Positions 27,601-39,300 of a DNA stretch of 64,000 nucleotides are shown here, in pieces. The translations under genes and the position numbers were made by a program. The stretch covers positions 357,728 to 421,727 of the forward strand of contig DF236959.1 in the NCBI GenBank assembly GCA_000708835.1. Reading direction: 5' to 3'. The first letter of the stretch is position 1; every line of letters starts with the position of its first letter. Below the pieces are notes generated by a model that was not told the DNA's origin, did not search any database, and saw only the letters and a list, made by a program, of their open reading frames with translations. Source of the stretch: Klebsormidium nitens (taxonomy: Eukaryota; Plantae; Klebsormidiophyceae).

Positions 27601-29393
27601 CCTAGTTGCCTGAGCATTTGACAGATGCGTCTACATATCCGGGAGTCAGTGACGAACATGTTCGGCAGCCTAACTGAGGACAAATTCGAAATGTTTACCG
27701 AGCTCAACAAGCAAGTTTAGATCCTACTGGCCCAATGCACAAACACGTGTTTCTCATCAACGAGGCAAAGCATCAGGGGCACAGAAGCGCTTTACTTAGT
27801 ACTTCAGAATACCACCGACTCACTTGAGAAACTGTGGGTTCTGAAACAATCGGAAACGTACTGGACAATTGGATGTAACATGTCTGTCTCCCGTTTTCCA
27901 AGCGGATTGAGTGCGACAGCGCGACCTTTCACCTGCAGTCTTTCCATCAGTTGCTTCCCCAGCGCCATGCTCCCGTGCCGGACGTACTCTTCCTTGGTGA
28001 CCAAGTCGATGTGAGCGCCCACCATTCGCTCCACCAAGAGATTGCCCACGAGCCCCGGGTCTTGGTCCACTACAACCTGCAAAACACAGATGCTACAGAT
28101 TTTCTCGAATGTGTCTGTTCGACTGTCCTCTTAGATGGTCTTCATCGATTTTGCCTCTTTTGCACTACAGAGAACGTCCAGATGAAGAAGGAACTATAGA
28201 AGATATAGAGTCAACTAGAAGCCTGGACATAGGTTCAGCACGTCTGCCAAAGAATATTGTCACTTCCTGCTTTCCTCCTCTTCTCTCATGGTCCAAGAGT
28301 CACTGGAGTCATGATGGCCTGAAAAGAACAGCAGGGAATCCAGAAGCAAGTGTCGGGCTATTCGATGAGATACTTTTCTTGGACCCAGAACTTCAACGTT
28401 CTGGTCAGTTGGCAGAATCCCAGATCTTTTGCAAGTAGCTTTGGTTGAAGGGACACCCGACCACCAGAGAGCACTGCAGGATCCTGATCTTTATCTGGAT
28501 CCCTCCGCTTGATTGTCAAGTGACTCTAAAATGCGGGTGCTACCCTATGCTGGCCCCCAACCTTGTTAGCTATATCAGAAACATACCCAGCCCGGCTTCA
28601 CTGTTTGAAAACCTGAGAGACCCCCAGACTTCGACACGCAATCTATTTGAGCGAACCGCATCACTCATAGACCCTCAATCCAGTGGCGCCTCACCTTGCT
28701 TGTCCGCAATATGAGAAACGTGTCCAGCCCCGCGTAGCGCGCGGCGACAGCTGTCGCCCTGCAGTGGTTGCTCTGGATCCCCCCGATTGTGATCACGCAG
28801 TCTGCCCCCTGCGCTTTCGCATCCGCGATCAGAAACTCGAGCTTGCGCACTTTATTCCCACTCAGCTGCAACCCGGTGAGGTCATCCCGCTTTATGTAAA
28901 CCTCTAGACCCTCCGGAAGATCTGGGAGGGCCCATCGGTGAATGGGCGTGGGGAATTGTCCAAGGTTCATGCGCGCGGGAGGGACGGGCGCCAGGTGGCG
29001 CGCCCAGATTGGTGGTTGGTAGGGCGACACAGACAGGAACTGGCGGTATGGGAAGGGCGAGCTTTGCTGGGCTTGTTTGGAGTCCGGTTTCTTCATGGAG
29101 AGGTCAGGGGAGGAGGAAGCCATCGGGACTGGAAAGTGGGTGGGTTTTGTGTGCAATGCTAAGGGAAAAGTGGGGGGGACAAACCTGTGAATTGTTAGTG
29201 GGGAAGATATCGAAGGATGTGAGTTGGTAAATGAGTTGCTTTTGGTGGCGCCGGTCAGAAGATTGGGCGCTTGATTCCGCTTGCTTCGGAAATGTGGAGG
29301 TGTCGGAATTGCTGGTGGTCTTTTTAGTGAGAGGAAGCGACTACTGCAAAAGGAACACACGGGACTGGGCCGGGCGCAAGCAGCTACCGCCAT
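24688..29393 (-). CDS. DCD: D-cysteine desulfhydrase (PLP-dependent, ACC deaminase/DCD family), 5 exons, 478 aa with organellar presequence
   Basis: Exons 29393-28695, 28076-27933, 26642-26373, 25623-25466 and 24853-24688 sum to 1437 nt. Motifs: [14 protein letters not shown] (PLP Lys), [31 protein letters not shown] and HTGG. The Ser and Thr residues are DCD-type, not the Glu/Leu of ACC deaminase. Confidence 0.93.
26106..26147. repeat. Short interstitial telomere-like tract (ccctagga/ccctaaa/ccctaaaa)
   Basis: accctaggaccctaggaccctaaaccctaaaaccctaaaacc, in DCD intron 3. Confidence 0.75.
26576..27155 (-). repeat. 4-copy tandem array of the DCD exon 3 acceptor plus first ~70 nt (real exon plus 3 echoes)
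   Basis: (t/g)gcag|GCCCAAGGGCG(A/G)AAACCGTAC...GGCTCCAA...ACGTGG recurs with exon-start equivalents at 26642 (real), 26791, 26962 and 27121. Periods 149, 171 and 159 bp. Confidence 0.95.
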
Positions 29394-30218
29394 TGACCAG
29401 ACGGAGAAAGCATGCACAGCAGAAAAGCTATCCTAGATGCCTGCATGAGCTGAAACCTGCTCAAAGCTAATCCATATTATTATCATGGGCTCCAGAGTCC
29501 CTTTGCCCTTTTGAAGGTGTGAATAAGATTGGGGATGCCTAGAGGATTAATCAGTGGGCGACGTCCGACAGGACCGGCAAAAAAGCTCCAACAAGGTGTC
29601 ACATTCCAACGCCTTTTTGCCTCGATACTCCTTCAAGTTACTGTACACTCCTTGCGCCAGGTACGGAGAACCGACACATAGCCAAGTGTAGGTCAACGGG
29701 CGTCCACAGCTCTTGACTTCCTCTAAATACAACTAATATGCTGTCAACATTTCACGAGGATCAGCACTGAAAAGCACCCATCGCGGCGTGCTTGTTCACC
29801 AAGGCGTTCCGTTCACTAGCGACATTGAACATTGAGTACTTCTGTAGGAGGGCGCAGAGACTTCTCTGGGCTCTGGCTCAGGCCTGGATCTGAAGCTCTT
29901 ATATCCAGGCGAACACTTTATTCCCGCAATAAGGAGGGTAGCGGAAATATCGACGAAGCGCTACGGTTGCGACTGTCTGCAGAGCAAGGGCACCTGTAAA
30001 GGCAAAAGTTGTTGCAGGTTCCATGAGCACATCCGTGACACGCTCCGTAACTTGTTCAGCATCAGTGTTGTGAAGACCTTTAGAGAAGATAGATAACTCC
30101 ATTCGGGCAGGTCCGGCTGCAAGCAGCCCATTACAAGGACTTTGTGGATTGGCATCGGCAGCAGGCAGATTAATTGTGGTGTCGGGCGGAAAATCTTCAT
30201 CGGAATTCTGAGGGGAAA

Positions 30219-32078
30219 ATGGCGCATCAGACTGCAGATGACACTGGCCTCCAACAAGAACGGGTCCCTCACCCGATCATTCTGCCGGGAGCCCAGCAGA
30301 CTTCATTCTCAAATAGTCAGCCCCGCCAGCCAAAAGCTCCCAAAATCAGCTCTCAACTCCCTGAGATCCCCCCCTACTCATACACAGCAAATCGGTTCCC
30401 CCCGCCGGCAGATGCCCCAGCCATGATCCCCTCCATTCCCCACCCCCCCCGGAGAACACTCCCCAATTCCACCCCCCCGCAAGGCCATAAAAGCCAGACC
30501 GAGCAGCGCCCACAAGCGTCAAACCGCCTGCAGTTCTCCGGTCGCCCTCACGCGCCAAAGCCCATTCCTACGACCCATCTGCCGCTTGGTGCGCACTTCC
30601 CAAGCCCGCTCCAAAACCCGCTCCTTTTGAACGCCCAGCTGTCGCCCGCGCAACTCCATGCGCAGCGGCAGCAACTGATCACAGCATACATGCTGCAAAG
30701 CGGAGGGGCGGCGGGGTTGGCTCAACCGGTTTTCTTCTCGGGGGGGGGTGTCCCCACGACGCATCCCGCGCCGAACCCGCAAGCCCCAATAGAGGGATCC
30801 CCTGCGCCGAAGTACACGCAGATGGAGGCAATTGTTGCGGAGATGCGGGAAAACATGCTCAAGGTGGGGAAAACCGTCCTAACATTGTGCAATTCCTGTG
30901 TATCCCTGCTTCTTACAATTGCCTGTTTCAGTATCTCCCTGCTTATCGTTCCATTCGGCACGGTGCTGACAGCCGGACGTTGCTTGCTTTTTTGTTCGTC
31001 AAGGGGGTGATTGTTTCTTCAGCTCCTTGGTCCAAAGCCTGATTGCCAACCCATGCAGGTACTCAAGACCTCCAACTACAAGCGGTGCAAGTCTGCTAAG
31101 AATATCAGACAAGGTGCGCTCATTTGTATTGTCAACATGTCTTCTCAATCAGTGTCGTTCTGGCTGGTGGCAAGCTGATTCTAGACCTATCTGCACAAGT
31201 CACCAATCACTGCTTTTAAAATCATCAGCGTGCTCTTCCCAGACAAACTTGTCGTTGAAACTTCTCTGAGCAACGAGTATGACGAATCACAGACGTCACA
31301 GTCCTTGCTTTTAGCTGGTCTAGCAGACTAGTGTCCGCGTTTCTAGCAAACGAGTGCCGCCCTCATAAGCTGATACGGTCACCCATGGGTCAAGCAAAAA
31401 TGGTAACTGGAACAGTTGGCATGCATATCAGGGGCATGACTTTGAATGAAGGCAATGTAGACCGCTGCACAATGTGCCGTCCGTCTTCGTTTGGTGGTAA
31501 GCTCTGTGGCTCGTGATGATGACGGAGAGCTTTCGACTCAAAGAACGACCGGAGAATGAATCTGAAAGGAGGGTCTTTTTGACTTGCGGTTACCGAGACT
31601 GGACGCTCTTCATCTGACAGCGCTACGGCAAGTCCGGACGCTCTGCAAAGACATACGGAACGAGACGACGGAAATGGGGAAGCAGAAGGTGAATCCGCGG
31701 AAGAAGGCCCCCACACCAGAGGGGGAGGAAGGGCCATCAAAAAAGCATAAGGGCTCGGAAGACAAGGACGCGAAGAACCCGGAAGAGGGCCTCAAAGGGG
31801 ATGCGGACGTCAAACATCCGGAAGACGTTCTCGAAACGGAGGAAGCGGGAGCCGACGGCAAAGAAGTACGACGTCAGGATGACGTTGGACCACGGGAGGA
31901 GGGGGCTTCTAGGGAGGGGGCTGCGGACGCCGCTGAAAGAAGCCCCCTGAAAAGCGACCGGACTGTGTCGGGGACTGAGCTACAGGGGCAGGGGAACACG
32001 GAGTCAGGACGCGTTTACAGAAGTGAAGACGAGTCGGAAAAAGAGGAGGTTAGTGACCAAGACTTGCCACCAGAATAG
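30219..32078 (+). CDS. Hypothetical protein, about 397 aa: Pro/Gln-rich N-terminus, short helical core, acidic/basic disordered C-terminus
   Basis: Phase-consistent exons 30219-30863, 31023-31113 and 31621-32078 sum to 1194 nt, with GT-AG sites. No family recognised and the start is uncertain. Confidence 0.55.
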
Positions 32079-33342
32079 CAAGGCGCCAGTTGATCCGATG
32101 GGGAGAAATGAGGCAATCTGGTTGGTCGATTCTGTATGGAGACAACCTGCACTCAGGCTGGCTTCACCGCCCTTTGAAGTCCAGCCATTAGGCACCAGAT
32201 TGCAGATCGTAGGTACTATGGGGTCCGGTGCGATGATGTAACGCCTCAAGTCAGTGACACGAGTGAACTCCCACGCAAGAGCAACACTGCTACTTGTGGT
32301 CAATGCATGTAAGCACATGCGCGTTGCAATACAAAAGTACTTTGGATTAGTACGGTGGCCGTATATGGCAGCTAGCCGCCAGTATTTCAGGCGTAGTATC
32401 ACATTTTGCATCAACAACATGGCTCGATTGCATGCATGATGATGTATACACGTCTGTGGACGATCTCAAACATCGATCAGTGCACGTTGATATATGAAAC
32501 GATCTATGCATGTACTATAGTAATATAACCACATGGGACTGCAAGTCATTCAAGGAACCCTCCTGAGCCACACCTGCGTGGACTGTGCGACTGCATGGGC
32601 AGGCCTGGGTGACACGCTTGAAAGATACTATAAGTCTTTCGGACTCGGAAAACTGGTCAACATGATCGGACCATTTCGCCGCTATATATGTAGTCGATCG
32701 CTGGCAATAACCGTTGCTACCGTCAATGTTGTAGTACGTTCCCCGCGGCCCCAGCCCCATAGAAGCTTTCTGATTCAAGCATAGACGTCGCAACAATCAG
32801 CTGCCGATGGGCAGAGCCATTTGGTTGACTTAAGAAACATTTTTGTGGTTGAAACTTATGTATCATTTCTGTTACTGATTTAGGTACCCAATCTACAGTC
32901 ATTTGTCCACTTCCAGATCATTAAAAGACCAAAACGAAGCGCTATTAGTTTTACAGCTCTAACTGCGTGCGTGCTTGCAAAAGTTTTAACAACGAGTTCA
33001 ACCTAGAAATAACGTATAATCCTTTGACCATTGAGAGTTCACAGAGTCGAGCTTCTGCCAAAACTTGGAGACTACTGCAAACCCATGACATCAAACCCCG
33101 CACTGACCCACCATCTTGCCGCATGCTCGATTCCACGAACCAATCGCACCTGCTCGATAACCCGCGACCTGAAACTCCTCGTTCTTCCCCCGATTGAGAT
33201 TCTTCAGACGAAGATGCAACACCCACGAAGCCTTCCCAAAGCGTGCAACCGCACCCGAAGTTCTCAACCGCCCATACCTCCCCAGTTAGTCAGTCAACAA
33301 CTCCAATTATCCGTCTCCTCTTGAAAACCCAGTCACAACCTT

Positions 33343-36300
33343 TTACCGCTTCTGGTAGTTCAAAAACCGAACCGCCGCCACTGCCAGTAGGAAGAACAGA
33401 ACGACGAATCCGAGCAGGCACGCGAGCGCGACGGGCACGTAGCTGTGCTTGAAGCCGAGGTCCGAACGGACGAACTCGGCGACCGTCTGGGAGCTGGTGC
33501 CGTCCGTGAGCAGGATGCGCTCATCGGTGACGTCACCCAGCTGGGAGGCGATGAGGCCGTACAGCGTCCACGAGATGGGACTGGAAACGGACGGGAAAGC
33601 GAGTCGGAAAGAGTCCAAAGGTAACGACGTAACTTTCAAGCGTTATCAGACTTCAGGGGTTATCAGGTGCAGAGCATAACTTGGAAGGATGAGACAGACT
33701 TAAATATACAAAGAGGATTTTGCCTCGGGAGGTACCTGAATGATGGAAGATTACGCATGTCCTGCTTTTTTAGTACGGGTGAGGTATCTCTTGTTTTGTG
33801 GACGAAAAAAGACTCGCTCTTTCTAAAAAGCGACCTTTGTCTGATAGGCAATACCCAACTATGCCAAATTCTTCAGCAGACAAATCAGAGGCAAATCAGA
33901 AGAAACGAAGCCTCCGGAATCGACCAATGGAGGCAAGGAGAGGCTGGCTCTGATGCTTACTTGATGTAGTAGTACCACACCCACCAGCCGGGAATTTGCT
34001 GCAAGAGAGACCATGATGTTTAAGAAAACGGCACGGGGTCTTTGCATCAAGATTCCAGTCGCCTTCGTCATGAAGGAGAAGAAATGACAGCGGGACTTAG
34101 CAGCCCGATGCATGTTCTCCAGGATCGGCAACGATCCTCCGAAGGGCTTGAGATCCAGCTCAACAAGCAGCAAAGCATCATCATACATGACTTCAGACAT
34201 TTTCAAACCCCTCCCGGCCAGTGTTCATATCTCAAACATTCATTTCTAGAGAGTCATTATCTGTAGCACAAGAAAGTAGGGGGCGCTCACCGGCAGCGGG
34301 ATGAGAAAGCCGGCGAAGAGGTTCCAGAAGGAGTAGAAGAAGGACGAGATGATGGAAGACAGCGCGAGGCCGGGCGTGCCGGCGACGGCCATGATGCCGT
34401 AGTACGTGAAGATGAGGAACGTCAGAAACATGACCGTCGTGTACTCGAAGAACTTGACTGCAAGGCGATAAAGGGTCAGGGGCGCTCAGTTTCATCTCAA
34501 AACCACCGCAGAAAGTTTACCAGAAACGTCAAGCACGTCGCCATTGTGTATTTGAAGAACTTGACCGCAAGGCGGGAAACGGACGGAAAGGTTTCACTTT
34601 GTCAGAGAAGGTTCTCCTCACAAGCATCGTTCTTTCCGTTGCGCCAAAGCGCTGGCTCAAGCTCAAGAAACCTGAAGACCATAACCGTCGTTTACTCTAA
34701 GAACTCAACTATGAGGCGAGGAAGAGACGAAAAAGCTTAAGCTTGTCACAACAACTTTCTGCATCATCAGATGAATGGTAACGGATGCCCGCGCAGCAAC
34801 GAGTTCAACAAATCCAAAAGTGGATGATTCACAGTGGACGAAGGGGAACGTCTTTCGCCCAACCTAAATCCTGTTAGAGTCACGCACCTGCGGTCCACTC
34901 GAAGTTGATCATAGCGTATGTGATGACGCTGTACACGATCGTCTGCACGAGCACGTATGGGATCTCGATCGCGCACAGCGCGAGCACCCAGGCGGTCGGG
35001 GAATACATCCCGGCCCCTCGCTCTCGGTACGAGACCGCGCGTTCGGTGGCGAAAACGGGTTGAACCGAGGACGCGTTGGACACCCCGAGGAAGAGAACCG
35101 AGGCGTAGAGGGCGCCCATCACGTTGAACACGTTCTGCTGGGTGTTCCTGGGGAAGGGAAAAAAGCGACCGGGGTAAGCAACCGGCAGTATCGAGGGTGG
35201 AGAAACGGTTGATCAGGACGAGTAAAGAGGCAACCACAGCGGTTGGCGAGAGAAGAAAATGCTGGTGGTGGAAAACGTCTCAAAGAACAGATTGACTTCG
35301 GGACTTGAGCGGAAAGCTTGAAGTCAGCGGTGGCCTGTAAGATGCTGGACACTCTAGGTATAGCAAATGCACGTGCAAGACAAGAGCTTCCTGCTCCTCC
35401 GTTCTGGCAATAGGCAAGCTCCATACCAGATCCAGAATGGACAACCCCAGCTGTTTAGCCCCTCTTTTGGCCACACTCCCCGATGCTCTAGAAAATAAAC
35501 GCGTCACTTTTACGAACCCCAGAGATTGTTCCCGCCCGCGCTGACCTCGATTTTTGTGACAACGGAAAGGAATCCCAAAAAAAAGCAGGAACGTCCACAA
35601 GCAGCGCACCTGCTCTGGCCGAGGTCCCAGAAAATGCTCCCGAAGATGAGCGCGACGCCCGTGGAGAAGAAGTAGCGCACGCCGTTGTACTCGGGCGTCT
35701 GCCAGTAGATGCGGCTGTTCTTCCAGAAGCACGCCGCGAACTGCACCCCGAAATCGCGCGCATGCTTCGCGTCGAACCGGATCGCCGAGGCACCCTCGGC
35801 GGGGCGTTTCAGCTTACCGATCAGCTCCTCGTTACGCCTGAGAAAGCAAGGATTACGGGGTTAAGCCTTTCTTCTAGTGGGTTAGGGTGGGTTAGGAAAC
35901 GTCAGCGAAGTTTTATAGGAGGGGATTTGAGAAATCGGCTCAACTTTACGATCAGCTCCTTGTTGCGCCTGGGAAGCGGAAGGGTCTAGGAGGGTTAGGA
36001 GAAGGGTTTGAGGTAAATTATGTGGTATATGGTGGAGTTTGGTTGCAACCTAAGCAAACATTTGGCGAGGAGGTGGTAAGGGCTCTGATTCGAAGGCATA
36101 GACGGGTTGGTGGGCTTGTCCAAATCCGAATACAACGACCCTCAGTGAATTCTTCGTTACTTTCTCGTCGTTAGAATGTTACCACTAGCAAGGGCGAGAA
36201 ACACTTGAAGCATGAGAACTTGCCGAGATCATGAAGCTGGACCAAGCAATCGGCGGGTCCAGCGAAATGAACGTCCAAGTCGCCAAAGTGCCAAGCAAAG

Positions 36301-39300
36301 AGAGTGAGGCTCCACGTATGCCCCCAACATCTTGGCAGCAGGACATCGGCGCTCACTTGAAGAGGGAGCTGTTCTTGTAGTACTCCGCGAAGTCAAGGTC
36401 CAGCTTCTCCTCCATGCCAGGTGTCGTCACCTCGAGCATCCACGTGGACGGGTTGTAGCCGTCCCTGATGGCCGGGACGCCCTTCACGGCGGAGAAGTGC
36501 TCGATCAGGAACTTGGAGTGCGTGCCCAGCGGGCCGGCTGCAGGGGCGAGAGACGCAAAATTAGAAGTGGGCTCAGGACTTCCAACGGTTCTAAGGGATG
36601 AAAAGGACTCGTTCTAAGCTGTCGCCAAGTACGCTGGGGTTGCTCTGCTTCCTGCGAATCCCTGCTGAGACGAGATGAAGTCGTGACGAATGGTAATGAG
36701 CGTTTTGTTACTTGGGTGCTGAAAGAGAAGATCGCGCGTTCTGCTTTTTCATCCGTAAAGGAGCACACCCAAAGTAAGAAATACAAAATAGACGCACAAG
36801 GCTGGCTGAAAGACGCTCACTCAACAAGAGTCGAATCAACCTTCCCTCACTCAGCAGGAATCATTTGGCACGGCTCAGAACCTTGAGAGACAAATGACCC
36901 ACCGTAGATCACGTATCCCCCGCGCTTCATCAGCAACAGCTCGTCGAACGCTTCAAAGATGTCGATGCTCGGCTGGTGGATCGTACACACGACGGTCCGT
37001 CCGGTATCTACCGTGTTGCGGACCGTCCGCATCACGATGGCAGCAGCTCGGGCGTCCAAACCGGAGGTGGGCTCGTCCATGAAAATGATGCTTGGGTTAG
37101 CGACTAACTCGACGGCGATGGTTAGGCGCTTGCGAGCCTCGACGGGCAGGCCGCTCACGCCGGGGGAGCCGACGAGGGCGTTGCGCAGCGGGGTTAGCTC
37201 GACCAGGTCCATAACCTCCTCCACAAACTCCTACAACGGGGTCACACAAAAAGTAGGGTTTAAGGTGGGTTAAGGACTGTTGATTAGTGGTTGAGAAGCG
37301 GGTTAGTAGCGCTTGTTGTCGATAGGCATCTGGGGCGACTTTGGCGTCTGGGAGATCATTAAAAATGCCCTCTACATCTTGTTGAGGCAGATCTGCGGCA
37401 TGATTCATACCGAACAACAAGAACAAGCAAAGATGGATCGGCAAGAACTGCTATTTAGTTAGCTATCGTGCATCGCTTCCTCCGCGGCTCTGCAACGATG
37501 ATCAAAGAGAGTATTACGGGTCCCAATGGGCAAGACTGCTTTCCAAAAGTAGCGAACAGCGAAGCAATAGCAGAAGCCACTTCAAGTATACAACACCCCG
37601 CAACCACCACGCAAGAGCTGCGAAGCCAGGTACAAGTCAACATCATTCAGTCAAGCAGAATCCAAATATAGTGAAATTACCGTGGCCTCACCTTGCGGGT
37701 CTGCGGGTCGACGTCCTTGGCGAGGCGCAGCCAGGCCGAGAAGGTGAGCGCCTCGAAGACGGTGGTGGACGGGCTGTGGATGTCGAACTGCTCCACGTAG
37801 CCAGACACGCGCGCGAACGAGTCCTGCTCCTTGGGGAAACCGCCCACGAAGATGTCGCCCTCGATGTACCCGGCTGGGGGGGGGGGATACATACGGTGTT
37901 AAGATAGGCCTTGCAAGAGCGCCTTGGTGAGATCAAGAAACATGTCCCTTTGGGAAGAGTTGCGGATTTGTTTTTGATATTTGGAACTGGCCGGGACGGC
38001 TGTTGAAACCTCACGCAGGTGCCGAGAAGTTGTCGTAGAAGCGTTTGATGTTGAGGGACTGGTTCAAGGCGGGGCATGTTCAAGCATCGATATCCTTGCT
38101 GGTCCGCATCATGTATATACATGGCTCTTTGTCCGTAAGTCTCCTCTTCGCAGACCAATCGATGGACAAGCTATGACGAGTCTCAGAGTGTTTGTCTTTC
38201 GACAAACGTGCCCTGTCCTGATTGCTCCCAAGCGCACGCTGAAAAGAACCCTGCGAATTCAACCCTATAGCTTAAAACCTCCAGAACTTTGAAGACATGA
38301 AACATCCATACTCACTGGTTTTCCTGCCGGCCAGCACGTCCATGAGCGTGGTCTTGCCCGCCCCCGAGACTCCGACCAGCGCGGTGAGCACTCCCGGCCG
38401 GAACGCCCCGCTGCAGCCCTTCAGAATCTGCAGCTTCTTGCCTTCCTCGCCCTCCTTAGCCAGGCCCTGCAATCGAAAACATGCCACGTCATCGCGTGCC
38501 AAAGTAAATGTAACAGCAGGAACGTTAAATGAGGTTGAGAGTTTCCTCTTGAAGGCCTCTTTCCTCTCACGTCCCCAAGTGCTCACGTTTCCTACGGACG
38601 ATTGCAAGCAAGGACAAAGGCTACAGATCGTCAGAACCGAGGAAGGATCCGTCGCCATTCACAGAAGCACGCACGAAGGAGTTGAACGAGGCTCTCCAGA
38701 GGGGTGTGGTCAGCAGGGAAGAGTGCAAACGAGGCTACCACGAATACGCCTGAGACAGTTCAACCTGCCTAGCCACTCCAAAACTTGAAACTTGGAAATC
38801 CAAAAGTTGATTCGACAATTTGGACCATACTCGAGAGCATCCACGCCTAACACGACTTCTGAGCCGACTGCTCAACGGCTGCACTCAAAATGCCTTATGA
38901 AACGCCGCTTCATTTCTGATCCCGACCTTGGAAAAATTAATCCTGATTCAGAAACGGGAAATCTGAACCCACCTTGGGCACGTCCACCGAGTACCACACG
39001 TTGTGGAACACCATGCTGAGCGGCTGGAACGGCAGCACCATGCCGCGCTTCGCGGCGCCCGACTGCTCATAGTACTGCGCGAGCCCCGACGACTGCTGGC
39101 TCAGGCCCGAAGGCTGAACCTTAAACTGGGCGAGACCCGAGGACTGCTGCTTGACTTTGCCTTTTCCCAGGGAGGACGAACTGGGCTGTCCGAGACCGGA
39201 CCGGGTTAAGCCGAAGGAGCCCCGGCGGGAGGCGGATCTGCCGGGCGCGAGCTCGATTTCGGCGCCAGGGGGGGCGAGGCTAACGGCTGCAGAGCAAGAA

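Noticed and set aside
24688-29393. Calling this gene ACC deaminase
   Set aside because: PVYSGK and HTGG carry the DCD-type Ser and Thr rather than the Glu and Leu of true ACC deaminases.
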